From an uncultured Rhizobium sp. (lineage in GTDB: Bacteria > Pseudomonadota > Alphaproteobacteria > Micropepsales > Micropepsaceae), in the NCBI GenBank assembly GCA_964566095.1, contig CAZMHP010000002.1, positions 1-49,506 on the forward strand: a stretch of DNA of 49,506 nt, given 5' to 3'. Positions 1 to 8,744 of the stretch are shown piece after piece (position 1 is the stretch's first letter; every line of letters starts with the position of its first letter). The notes below the pieces were generated by a model. The model searched no databases. It had not been told where the DNA came from and saw only the letters and a program-made list of their open reading frames with translations. The translations under genes were made by a program, and so were the position numbers.

Positions 1-356
1 GCCGTCGCGATGCCCTGCACCTGCGCGATCACCGGCTTGGGATGGCGCACGATCGTCTGCATCAGCTTGGAGCATTGCGCGAAGAGCGCCGCGAAATACG
101 CCTTGCCCTTGTCGGCATCGGCGCGTCGCGCCGTCATCTCCTTCAGATCGTGCCCGGCCGAGAAGGCCGGCCCGTCGGCGGCGATCACGACCACGCGCAC
201 CGCCTTGTCGATGGCCGCGGCGTCGAGCGCGTCCTGCAGCGCCGCCATCAGGCCCTGGCTCAGCGCATTGCGCGCGCCGGCGCGGTTGAGGGTCAGCGTC
301 AGCACGGCGTCCTTGGCCGTCGCCAGCACCAGCGGTTCCTTAGCTTGCGCATTCAT
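1..356 (-). CDS. Enoyl-CoA hydratase/isomerase family protein (5' part; runs off window start)
   Basis: Manual minus-strand translation from ATG 356: MNAQAKEPLVLATAKDAVLTLTLNRAGARNALS...VVVIAADGPAFSAGHDLKEM...KPVIAQVQGIATA, showing crotonase motifs; GGAG SD upstream. Not in the ORF track because it is truncated. Confidence 0.9.
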   Translation of the reverse strand, partial: MNAQAKEPLVLATAKDAVLTLTLNRAGARNALSQGLMAALQDALDAAAIDKAVRVVVIAADGPAFSAGHDLKEMTARRADADKGKAYFAALFAQCSKLMQTIVRHPKPVIAQVQGIAT

Positions 357-487
357 CTTGGTCTCCTGGCGTCATGCTACACCGGCGCGGCCCGGGCCAG
401 AACCCCGCCTGTCGCAGCCGGACCAGGTGAAAGCCGCAGGGAGGGTGTGCGTTTGCGGGACCTGCAATAGCCGCCGGTTGCGATGGC

Positions 488-512
488 GGAACGAAGGCCA
501 AAACCGGGCGTT
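488..512 (+). promoter_or_regulatory. Putative sigma-EcfG (general stress response) promoter
   Basis: GGAAC(488-492)-N16-CGTT(509-512), matching the alphaproteobacterial EcfG consensus, 24 nt before the PRC-barrel start. Confidence 0.7.
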
Positions 513-536
513 CTGGGAAGGCCAATCCCAAGGAGA

Positions 537-911
537 ATGAGCATGACCACCCCTAGCGGTCACACAAGTGCGATTCTGGCCTCCAAAGTCAAAGGAACGA
601 ATGTCTACGATATGGCCGGCGACAAAATCGGCGTCGTCGAGGACGTCGTCCTCGACAAGCAGTCCGACAAGATCATGTTCGCCGCGCTGGGCAGCGGCGG
701 TGTGCTCGGGGTCGGCGAGAAGTTCTTCCCGGTTCCCTGGTCGATGCTCGACTACAGCAAGGACAAGGGCGGCTATGTTGTTCCCGTCGCCGGCGACGTG
801 ATCTCCAAGGCCCCGACCTACCGGCTCGAGGATCTCACCAAGAACGACGGCGATTTCGGCCAGATCCGCGAAAGCTCCTACAACTACTTCAACATCAAGC
901 GCGACTGGTAA
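537..911 (+). CDS. PRC-barrel domain protein
   Basis: ASKVKGTNVYDMAGDKIGVVEDVVLD...GGVLGVGEKFFPVPWSML; AGGAG SD before ATG 537/543. Confidence 0.9.
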   Translation: MSMTTPSGHTSAILASKVKGTNVYDMAGDKIGVVEDVVLDKQSDKIMFAALGSGGVLGVGEKFFPVPWSMLDYSKDKGGYVVPVAGDVISKAPTYRLEDLTKNDGDFGQIRESSYNYFNIKRDW

Positions 912-932
912 CCCCCCTCGCCAGCGCGTGCG

Positions 933-970
933 AAAAGGCCCGGCCGTCCCCACCGCCGGGCCTTTTCTTT
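933..970 (+). terminator. Rho-independent terminator
   Basis: AAAAGGCCCGGC...GCCGGGCCTTTT inverted repeat followed by CTTT. Confidence 0.8.
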
Positions 971-1041
971 ACGCACCGTCGGCGTTGCGCGGGCTGGACG
1001 CGATCCTATAGTGCGGTGGCCGACCGCAAGGGACACACCCC

Positions 1042-2076
1042 ATGGCCTCCAAGCTCGCCGAAGACCCGCGCATCGATCCCCGCATCAAGGCCCTTCTGGG
1101 CGCGATGCCCGCGATGTCCGCGCAAGGCGATGTCGCCAGCCGCGAGCAAATCCTGGCCGAGGAAAACAGCGAGGCTGGCAGGGCGGCGGCCGCCCAGCTG
1201 ACCGCCATGATGTCGATGATGGACAACGAGCAGATCGCGCCGCGCGCCGGCCTCGCCATCCGCACCGAGACCTTCCGCTCCGAGCCGGACGGAAACACCG
1301 TCAAGATCCAGTTCATCCGTCCGGACAACGCCGAGCGTCTGCCTTGCATCTACTACATCCATGGCGGCGGCATGCAGGTGATGTCCTGCTACGACGGGAT
1401 GTACAGCGCTTGGGGCCGCATCATCGCCGCGCAGGGCGTGGCGGTCGCGATGGTGGATTTCCGCAACTGCGTTCGCGCCTCCTCGGCACCGGAGGTCGAA
1501 CCCTATCCGGCCGGGCTCAACGATTGCGCGGCGGGGCTGCGCTGGGTGCATTCCCATGCCGACCTGTTGAAGATCGATCCCAAACGGATCATCATCGCCG
1601 GCGAGAGCGGCGGCGGCAACCTGACGCTTGCCACAGGCATGAAGCTGACGAAGGAGGGCGATGCCGGCCTCGTCAAAGGGCTATACGCGCTGTGCCCCTA
1701 CATCGCCGGCATCTGGCCGCAGGCGCAATATCCCTCTTCGATCGAGAACAACGGCATCCTGCTCGAGCTTCACAACAACCGCGGCGCGATGGGCTATGGG
1801 ATCGCGGCGTTCAACGCGCGCGATCCTTTGGCATGGCCCGCCTTCGCCACGGAGGACGACGTAAAGGGCCTGCCGCCGACGGTCATCAGCGTGAACGAAT
1901 GCGATCCCCTTCGCGACGAGGGGATCGCCTTCTACCGCCTGTTGCTGAGGGCCGGCGTTCCCGCCCGCGCCCATATGGCCCTGGGAACGACGCACGGCAC
2001 GGAGATCTTCGCCATCACCTGCCCGGACGTCAGCCGGGAAGCGGCGCGGGCCATTGCGGATTTCGCGGCGGCGTGA
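1042..2076 (+). CDS. Alpha/beta hydrolase, HSL-like esterase/lipase
   Basis: HGGG oxyanion motif, GESGG nucleophile elbow, DPLRDEG, C-terminal HG. Confidence 0.9.
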   Translation: MASKLAEDPRIDPRIKALLGAMPAMSAQGDVASREQILAEENSEAGRAAAAQLTAMMSMMDNEQIAPRAGLAIRTETFRSEPDGNTVKIQFIRPDNAERLPCIYYIHGGGMQVMSCYDGMYSAWGRIIAAQGVAVAMVDFRNCVRASSAPEVEPYPAGLNDCAAGLRWVHSHADLLKIDPKRIIIAGESGGGNLTLATGMKLTKEGDAGLVKGLYALCPYIAGIWPQAQYPSSIENNGILLELHNNRGAMGYGIAAFNARDPLAWPAFATEDDVKGLPPTVISVNECDPLRDEGIAFYRLLLRAGVPARAHMALGTTHGTEIFAITCPDVSREAARAIADFAAA

Positions 2077-2147
2077 TTCCGCCCGAAGGGCTATTCACGG
2101 TATTATAGTACCGCACCGAATTAACGCAGGAATTTCGGCGCTTTCTC

Positions 2148-2176
2148 TTGACCTCGCAAACGGCGGCGCGTATAGC
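2148..2176 (+). promoter_or_regulatory. Sigma70 promoter of rplM-rpsI
   Basis: TTGACC-N17-TATAGC. Confidence 0.75.
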
Positions 2177-2211
2177 CCGCGCCCTGAACCGATTATCCTG
2201 ACAGGTCCCCG

Positions 2212-2685
2212 ATGAAAACTTACTCGGCCAAGGCGTCCGAGATCGAGAAGAAGTGGATCCTCGTCGATGCCGAAGGGCTCGTCGTCGGTCGTCTCGCCTC
2301 GATCATCGCACTGCGCCTGCGCGGCAAGCACAAGACCACCTTCACGCCCCACCTGGACTGCGGCGACAACGTCGTCGTGATCAACGCGGCCAAGGTCGTG
2401 CTGACCGGCAACAAGCTGAAGGACAAGACCTACTACCACCACACCGGCTATATCGGCGGCATCAAGGAACGCACCGCGGGCGAGATCATGCGCGGCAAGT
2501 TCCCCGAGCGCGTGCTGCACAAGGCGGTGGAGCGCATGCTGCCGCGCGGTCCGCTTGGTCGTCGCCAACTCGCCAATCTGCGCGTCTTCCCCGGCCCCGA
2601 TCATCCGCACGAGGCGCAGCAGCCGGAGAAGGTCGATATCGGCAAGATGAATCCGAAGAACACCAACTACAAGAAGGCGGGCTAA
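2212..2685 (+). CDS. rplM: 50S ribosomal protein L13
   Basis: [49 protein letters not shown]. Confidence 0.99.
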   Translation: MKTYSAKASEIEKKWILVDAEGLVVGRLASIIALRLRGKHKTTFTPHLDCGDNVVVINAAKVVLTGNKLKDKTYYHHTGYIGGIKERTAGEIMRGKFPERVLHKAVERMLPRGPLGRRQLANLRVFPGPDHPHEAQQPEKVDIGKMNPKNTNYKKAG

Positions 2686-2688
2686 GCC

Positions 2689-3183
2689 ATGGCGGAAGAC
2701 GTCAAGAGCTTCGGCGAGCTCAAATCCACGCTGATCAAGGCCAAGGTGCCGGAGAAGGCGGAAGCGGGCGAGCAGCCCAAGTCCAATCGCGACTCCAAGG
2801 GTCGCGCCTATGCCACCGGCCGCCGCAAGAACGCGGTCGCCCGCGTCTGGATCAAGCCCGGCCGCGGTTCGATCACGGTCAACGGCCGCGACGAGAAGGT
2901 CTATTTCGCGCGCCCCGTGCTGCGCATGATCCTGCGCCAGCCGCTGATCGCGGCCAATCGCGACGGCCAGTTCGACGTGGTCGTGACGGTCGCGGGCGGC
3001 GGGCTTTCGGGTCAGGCGGGCGCGGTGCGCCACGGCATCTCCCGCGCCCTGGTGCGCTATGAACCGAGCCTGCGCGCGGCGCTGAAGCCCGGCGGCTTCC
3101 TGACGCGCGACCCGCGCACCGTCGAGCGCAAGAAGTACGGCCGTCCCAAGGCGCGCCGCAGCTTCCAGTTCTCCAAGCGCTGA
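2689..3183 (+). CDS. rpsI: 30S ribosomal protein S9
   Basis: [36 protein letters not shown]-terminal QFSKR. Confidence 0.99.
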   Translation: MAEDVKSFGELKSTLIKAKVPEKAEAGEQPKSNRDSKGRAYATGRRKNAVARVWIKPGRGSITVNGRDEKVYFARPVLRMILRQPLIAANRDGQFDVVVTVAGGGLSGQAGAVRHGISRALVRYEPSLRAALKPGGFLTRDPRTVERKKYGRPKARRSFQFSKR

Positions 3184-3209
3184 CGCGAACTTCCTATCCG
3201 GCGTCGAAC

Positions 3210-3247
3210 GCAGCGGCCGATCGCAAGATCGGCCGCTGCTTTTTTTT
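3210..3247 (+). terminator. Rho-independent terminator of rplM-rpsI
   Basis: 13-bp stem GCAGCGGCCGATC, GCAA tetraloop, T8 tail. Confidence 0.92.
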
Positions 3248-3334
3248 GCCGGCCCTTCGCCAAGCCAGGCGAGCCGTGGAGTAGGCCGGTGATTGTCGAA
3301 CCGGGTCCGGCGGACCCGTACACGGAAGACTTGT

Positions 3335-3700
3335 CTAGGCGACAGCCGCCTTCGGATCGGGACCAAAGGGATTGGCGCCGACATTGCCCGGCTGCACATA
3401 CCAATAGATCACCACGATCCATCCCACGATCGGAATGATGCCGATGAGAATCCACCAGCCGCTGCGGCCGATATCGTGCAGGCGGCGCACGCCGACGCCG
3501 AGGCTGGGCAGCAGCAAGGCCACGGACAGCAAGCCGGTCAGGGCGGAGCCGAGACCCAGGATCGATTGGATCACGCCGAGGATGACGGCGATGATGAAAT
3601 AGACAAGCGTGTACCACCAGAACTCGGCGCGGCGGGCCCGGCCTTCAAAGTCGAAATAGTGCTGTGCGACGACATTCATGAACCAGTTGGTGGGCTCCAT
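3335..3700 (-). CDS. DUF805 family inner-membrane protein (YhaH-like)
   Basis: YFDFEGRARRAEFWW, VGVRRLHDIGRSGWW, NPFGPDP; AGGAG SD before ATG 3700. Confidence 0.92.
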   Translation of the reverse strand: MEPTNWFMNVVAQHYFDFEGRARRAEFWWYTLVYFIIAVILGVIQSILGLGSALTGLLSVALLLPSLGVGVRRLHDIGRSGWWILIGIIPIVGWIVVIYWYVQPGNVGANPFGPDPKAAVA

Positions 3701-3857
3701 AATTCGTCTCCTGTGAAAAAGCGGCGGCAAGGCCGAATTCCGGCGGAGGCGGGCGGAGGATGAGAAACGGTTGCGAGCCATGTTCGGCCCGCAATGCACC
3801 CGGCACGCGTGTTTCCCACCCAACCGGCAAAATCCGCAGGAATTGCCAGCCTGATTG

Positions 3858-3886
3858 AGCTAAGAGTCGCTGCGACGCTCTGTCAA
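3858..3886 (-). promoter_or_regulatory. Putative sigma70 promoter of the DUF805 gene
   Basis: Perfect TTGACA (3886-3881), then 17 nt, then TTAGCT; spacer contains the dyad GTCGC-A-GCGAC. Confidence 0.5.
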
Positions 3887-3923
3887 GGAAGGGGGCGCCG
3901 CATTTCGGTGGGTAAAACATTCC

Positions 3924-4874
3924 ATGACTCCGAGAATCTTCATCGACGGCGCCGCGGGAACGACGGGACTCGAAATCCGCGAGCGCCTGTCGGTGCGCAG
4001 CGATCTGCATGTCGTCCAGCTCGGCGACGCGGAGCGCAAGGATTCGCGCGCGCGCGCCGCGGCGTTGAACGATGCCGACGTGGTCATTCTCTGCCTTCCG
4101 GACGATGCCGCGCGCGAGGCAGTCGCCCTGATTGAGAATCCCCATGTGCGGGTGATCGACGCGTCGACCGCGCATCGCGTGGCGCCGGGCTGGACGTTCG
4201 GATTTCCCGAATTCGAGCCCGGCCAATACGACGCGATCGCGGCAGCCAAGCGCGTGACCAACCCCGGCTGCTGGTCCACGGGATTTCTGGCGCTGGTGCG
4301 TCCACTGGTGCGGGCGGGGCTTGTCCCATCCGACGCGGCACTCAGCGCCCATGGCATCTCCGGTTATTCCGGCGGCGGCAAGGCGATGATCGAAGAATTC
4401 GAAAGGACGGATTTGCCCGATTATGTCGAGACCGTCGCCCGCGCCTACGCCTTGCAGTTGGCCCACAAGCACGTCCCGGAGATGACCGAACGCGCCGGCC
4501 TCAAACATCCGCCGGTCTTCTCGCCCTATGTCGGACGCTATTATCGCGGCATGATCGTGGAAGTGCCGCTCGCTCTGTGGGCGTTGCCTGATACTCCCAA
4601 GGCTGCCGATCTGCATGCCGTCCTGGTGAAAGCCTATCGCGGCCGCCCGCTTGTTGAGGTGGTCGGTCTTGACGAAGCGGCGGGAATAAAAACACTCGAT
4701 GCCGAGATGCTGAAGGGCACCAACAAGATCAAGCTCTATGTTTTCGACAATCAGCAGACCGGCCAGGCCCGGCTCAGCGCCGTGCTCGACAATCTGGGCA
4801 AGGGTGCGTCCGGTGCCGCGGTGCAGAACCTGAACCTGATGCTCGGCTTGCCCGAGACGGCTGGGCTCGTGTGA
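3924..4874 (+). CDS. argC: N-acetyl-gamma-glutamyl-phosphate reductase (short, type 2)
   Basis: IFIDGAAGTTGLEI, VIDASTAHR, NPGC, SGYSGGGK, DNLGKGASGAAVQN. Confidence 0.96.
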   Translation: MTPRIFIDGAAGTTGLEIRERLSVRSDLHVVQLGDAERKDSRARAAALNDADVVILCLPDDAAREAVALIENPHVRVIDASTAHRVAPGWTFGFPEFEPGQYDAIAAAKRVTNPGCWSTGFLALVRPLVRAGLVPSDAALSAHGISGYSGGGKAMIEEFERTDLPDYVETVARAYALQLAHKHVPEMTERAGLKHPPVFSPYVGRYYRGMIVEVPLALWALPDTPKAADLHAVLVKAYRGRPLVEVVGLDEAAGIKTLDAEMLKGTNKIKLYVFDNQQTGQARLSAVLDNLGKGASGAAVQNLNLMLGLPETAGLV

Positions 4875-5608
4875 CGGCGATGGCCTATGCGTCGTTCGCG
4901 GGGGCACTCGCGGAGGCCGGCGTGTCGGAGACGACGCTGAGCGCCGACGATCGGCGCTCACTGGATGAGCAGGGATACGTGGTCCTGCGCGGCGCCATCG
5001 CAAAGGACGCGCTGCCCGATCTTCGCGAGCGGTTCGAGGCGAAGATTCTCGCCGGCGAAAAATGGCCGGCGCCGCGTGAGCACGGTACGCGTCATGCCTA
5101 TCTCGACAACGACGAAGTCGTGCGCGAGATATGTCTGGCGCCGCGCTTGCTCGCCGCCGTGTCGCATGCGCTGCGCGACAGGTTCTATCTATCCGACGTC
5201 CAGGGGCGCGATCCGCTGCCGGGCGAGGGCTATCAGACGCTTCATCGCGACTGGCCCTATGAAGGTCATTCGCGCATGGTGGTGGGGCTCGCCTTTCTCG
5301 ATCCGTTCTGTGAAGACAACGGCGCAACGAGACTGGTGCCGGCAACCCACAATGATCCCGGCGAAATGAACGATTTCGCGCATCACGGGCTGCATTGCCC
5401 CGAACAAGTCGTCGTGCGCGGCGAGGGCGGCGATGTGCTGCTCTTCCACGGCCGTCTGGTGCATTCGGGCCTGCGCAATGAGAGCGGCGCGCTGCGGCGC
5501 ACGCTGCAGATTTGCTATCGCAGCTATTCGACCTATCCGGACCATCGCGAAACGCGCGATCATACGGGCCTTGGTCCGCTCGATCGTTATCTGATGGGTA
5601 TCGATTGA
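4871..5608 (+). CDS. Phytanoyl-CoA dioxygenase (PhyH) family Fe(II)/2OG oxygenase
   Basis: EQGYVVLRG, LHRD (HxD), NGATRLVPATH, GDVLLFHGRLVHSG; GTGA overlap with argC. Confidence 0.85.
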   Translation: MTAMAYASFAGALAEAGVSETTLSADDRRSLDEQGYVVLRGAIAKDALPDLRERFEAKILAGEKWPAPREHGTRHAYLDNDEVVREICLAPRLLAAVSHALRDRFYLSDVQGRDPLPGEGYQTLHRDWPYEGHSRMVVGLAFLDPFCEDNGATRLVPATHNDPGEMNDFAHHGLHCPEQVVVRGEGGDVLLFHGRLVHSGLRNESGALRRTLQICYRSYSTYPDHRETRDHTGLGPLDRYLMGID

Positions 5609-6213
5609 TGTACCGCCCGGCTGCCTTCGCCGTGAACGACAGGTCCGCCATCGAAGCCTTCATCCGCGCGCAGCCTTTCGCGACGATCGCGCTGGTCCGA
5701 GACGGCGCGGTCGAGTTAGCCTATGCGCCGGTGGTTCTGGACGGCGAGGTCGTGCGCTTCCACCTCGCCGCAAGCAATCCGGTGGCGCGGTTCGCGGCCG
5801 GGGCGCGCCTCAAGCTGTCGTTCCTGGGTCCGCACGCCTATGTCTCGCCCGATTGGTACGAGAGCGCCGGCAAGGTGCCCACCTGGAATTACTGCGCGGT
5901 GGAAGGCGAGGGCGTTGCGGAACGCCTCGACGGCGCCGCACTGACATCGCTCCTGGTCGATCTGTCGGCGGCGGCGGAGGAAAAGCTTGCACCGAAACCG
6001 CCCTGGACGATCGATAAGATACCGCGAGACCGGATGGCCGCGCTGTTGAAGGCGATCGTCGGCTTTTCACTGAGGTTCGAAACATTGGAGGCGAAGTTCA
6101 AGCTCTCGCAGAATGTCGCGGCCGCGGATGCCGCGGGGGTGATGGCGGGCCTCGAAGCGCGCGGCGACGCCGCCGGCGCCGCGGTTGCGGCCGCGATGAA
6201 GCGCATGCGCTGA
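5608..6213 (+). CDS. PaiB-like FMN-binding negative transcriptional regulator family protein
   Basis: MYRPAAF, FHLAASNP, GPHAYVSPDWY, VPTWNY, KFKLSQN; TGATG overlap. Confidence 0.9.
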   Translation: MYRPAAFAVNDRSAIEAFIRAQPFATIALVRDGAVELAYAPVVLDGEVVRFHLAASNPVARFAAGARLKLSFLGPHAYVSPDWYESAGKVPTWNYCAVEGEGVAERLDGAALTSLLVDLSAAAEEKLAPKPPWTIDKIPRDRMAALLKAIVGFSLRFETLEAKFKLSQNVAAADAAGVMAGLEARGDAAGAAVAAAMKRMR

Positions 6214-6228
6214 GCGCGAAGTCTACCG

Positions 6229-6456
6229 CTAGGCCGCCAAGACGGCTTTTCGGAGTTTCTCTGGCAGAGCGATAGGTTGGAAATGCAATGCGGGGTAGAG
6301 GAAGTCGTCACCTGTCTCATCGATTATCCGCAGAAGGCCGTGCTTCTGCGCCGATGGATCGGAGAGCGAAACGTAAATCTTTCGCCTCTCTAGCGACGCA
6401 GGATAGCCCTCGTTGCTAATGCAAACGACAAGCTGTTTCGACGCCGGTTTGGTCAT
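6229..6456 (-). CDS. Small conserved hypothetical protein (75 aa), candidate antitoxin/immunity protein
   Basis: MTKPASKQLVVCISNEGYPASLERRKIY...LLRIIDETGDDFLYP; lower GC than the flanks. Confidence 0.7.
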   Translation of the reverse strand: MTKPASKQLVVCISNEGYPASLERRKIYVSLSDPSAQKHGLLRIIDETGDDFLYPALHFQPIALPEKLRKAVLAA

Positions 6457-6464
6457 TGCGACAC

Positions 6465-6700
6465 TCAAAGGAACATTTTGATCTTGAACTCTTTGCGGCC
6501 GACCCCGTGGCCTCATACCAGTGTATCTCAGCGATATGCGATGTGCCATCTGGAAGTCGAACACGAGCGATACCCTTGCGTTTACGCCAGCGTGCTTTGC
6601 CGTAGAATCGCCGCAGGCGGCCAATCTCGCGAATACCGGACGTGGTCGCTATTGTCTCGATTTGCGATATCTCGCCCAATATCTCAAACAGGGCGGACAC
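6465..6700 (-). pseudogene. Small basic hypothetical protein, candidate toxin, apparently frameshifted near 6503-6512
   Basis: FEILGEISQIETIA...RWRKRKGIARVRL...AEIHWYEA continues in a shifted frame as (H)GVGRKEFKIKMFL-TGA (stop at 6465-6467); GTG start abuts the phaC stop. Confidence 0.65.
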
Positions 6701-8548
6701 CTACTGCGCCTTGATCTTCACATACTCGCCTGGCGCATCGCCGAGGACCTTCAGCTTGCCGTCGCCCGGTTTGCGCGCCGCGATTTTCTTGCCCGACAGC
6801 TTGGAGAGCCACCCATCCCAGTCCGGCCACCAGGAACCGGGATGCTCGTTGGCGCCTTCGATCCATTTCTCGACCGTGGCGGGGATCTTGTCGTTCGTCC
6901 AATACTGATATTTCTTCGCGGCGGGCGCATTGATCACGCCCGCGATATGTCCGCTGCCCGCCAGGATGAAGCGGATCGGCCCCTTGAACAGTTTGGTGGT
7001 CTTGAAGATCGAGCGGTAGGGCGCGATATGGTCTTCCTTGGCCGATTGCAGATAGACCGGCACCTTGACCTTGGACAGATCGATCGGCTTGCCGCCCAGC
7101 ACCATCTTGCCCTTGGCAAGGTTGTTCTCCTTGTAGCATTCGCGCAGGTAGAACAGATGCGTCTTCTCCGGCATCCGCGTGGTGTCGGAATTCCAGTAGA
7201 GCAGGTCGAACGGCATCGGCTGCTTGCCGAGCATGTAGTTGTTGATCACGAAGGACCAGATCAGGTCGTTGGCGCGCAGCATGTTGAAGGTCGTCGCCAT
7301 CTTGGAGCCTTCGAGCACGCCACCGGCATTGTCCATCTGCTCCTTGAGCGCCTCGAGCTGAGCCTCGTCGACGAAGACGGTGAGATCGCCCGCCTCGCTG
7401 AAATCGGCCTGCGCCGCCCAGAAGGTCGCCGAGTTCACCCGCGTGTCGTTCGTCGCGGCCATGTAGCCGAGCGTCGCGGTCAGGAGCGTGCCGCCGATGC
7501 AATAGCCCACGACGTTGGGATCGCTGACGCCCGTTGCCTGCTCGACGGCGTCGAGCGCGGCGAAGATGCCTTTGCGCATATAGTCTTCGAAGGTTTCCTG
7601 CGCGAGGCGGCGATCGGGATTGACCCAGGAGGCCACGAACACGGTGTAGCCCTGACTCACCAGCCACCGGATGAACGAGTTCTCGGGCCGCAGATCCATG
7701 ATGTAGAACTTGTTGATCCAGGGCGGGAAGATCAGCAGCGGCCGCTCATGGACCTGCGCGGTCGTCGGATCGTATTGCAGGAGCTCCAGCAGCTCGTTGC
7801 GGAACACCACCTTGCCGGGCGTCGTCGCGATGTTCTTGCCGATCTCGAAGGTATCGGCGGATTGGCGGATCGCCAGTTGGCCCTTGCCGCGTTCGATGTC
7901 GGCGAGAAGATTGTCGAGCCCCTTGACGAGGTTTTCGCCGTTGGACTGCAGCGTGGCGCGCAGCACTTCGGGATTGGTGAGGATGAAATTGGTCGGCGCG
8001 ACCGCGTCGGCGAACTGCTTTGTATAGAAGGAGACGCGCTTGCGCGTATCGTCGTCGATGCCCTGCACCTTGGACACCGTGTCCTGCATCCAGTTGGCGG
8101 TCAGCAGGTAGGACTGTTTGATGAAGTCGAATATCTGGTTTTCCTGCCAATCCTTGTCCTTGAAGCGTTTGTCGCCCGGCTTGGGCGCCACCACGGGTTC
8201 CGCCTCGCCGCCCATCAGCTTTCGCGCCGTGCTCTCCCAAAGGCCCAGGAAGTCCCGCCAGAGCTGAAACTGGGCATCCACGATGGCGGCAGGGTTGCTG
8301 CTCATGGCCTTGACCAGGGCCATGAAGGGCTGGGCAAGGTTGAGCGGATCGAACGGTTCCTTGCCCGCGCCAGATTGACGCTTGAGAAAGTCGGTCAGCA
8401 ACTTCTGCGATTGCTGTCCCGCCTTCATCATGTTTCGCGCGAATTCGGCCGGGTCGCCGAGCGTGTAGGGGCTCGCCGCTGCGGATGGCGCGCCCTGCGG
8501 CTTAGCGTCCGTCCCGGCGGTCCCCGAATCGTCGAGCTTCTTCTGCAT
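6701..8548 (-). CDS. phaC: Class I poly(3-hydroxyalkanoate) synthase
   Basis: PPWINKFYIMDL, lipase box GYCIGG, LLYWNSD, EDHIAP, GSGHIAG, GSWWPDW. Confidence 0.97.
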   Translation of the reverse strand: MQKKLDDSGTAGTDAKPQGAPSAAASPYTLGDPAEFARNMMKAGQQSQKLLTDFLKRQSGAGKEPFDPLNLAQPFMALVKAMSSNPAAIVDAQFQLWRDFLGLWESTARKLMGGEAEPVVAPKPGDKRFKDKDWQENQIFDFIKQSYLLTANWMQDTVSKVQGIDDDTRKRVSFYTKQFADAVAPTNFILTNPEVLRATLQSNGENLVKGLDNLLADIERGKGQLAIRQSADTFEIGKNIATTPGKVVFRNELLELLQYDPTTAQVHERPLLIFPPWINKFYIMDLRPENSFIRWLVSQGYTVFVASWVNPDRRLAQETFEDYMRKGIFAALDAVEQATGVSDPNVVGYCIGGTLLTATLGYMAATNDTRVNSATFWAAQADFSEAGDLTVFVDEAQLEALKEQMDNAGGVLEGSKMATTFNMLRANDLIWSFVINNYMLGKQPMPFDLLYWNSDTTRMPEKTHLFYLRECYKENNLAKGKMVLGGKPIDLSKVKVPVYLQSAKEDHIAPYRSIFKTTKLFKGPIRFILAGSGHIAGVINAPAAKKYQYWTNDKIPATVEKWIEGANEHPGSWWPDWDGWLSKLSGKKIAARKPGDGKLKVLGDAPGEYVKIKAQ

Positions 8549-8744
8549 GGCTTTTCACCGGCTCGCGTCGCTCTTGGGTGATAGCGCGTGCAGTCGCGTG
8601 CCTGCAAGGCGGGCAGATTTTCGCCCAACGTCCAATTTGCCACAAGATTTCATGCATTTGTCGGGTCGATTGGCTTGGAAGCGTGCGGCCGCGCCTGTAT
8701 ACCCAAACCTTAACAGATTCCGCTTTGGGCTGAGGTTGGACGGC

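Noticed and set aside
3250-3330. CCCTTCGCCAAGCC and a short GGGTCC hairpin after the rpsI terminator as another element copy
   Set aside because: Stem geometry does not match; similarity too short
6521-8581. Long antisense ORFs (686 aa here; also 3645-5663, 9504-11204, 13600-15420, 15958-17544, 31184-32980, 39093-40682, 44893-46530)
   Set aside because: Shadow frames of well-supported genes in high-GC DNA; no recognisable motifs
8588-8606. TGCAG-N8-CTGCA dyad upstream of phaC as a PhaR site
   Set aside because: Only 5-bp arms in GC-rich DNA; not distinguishable from chance
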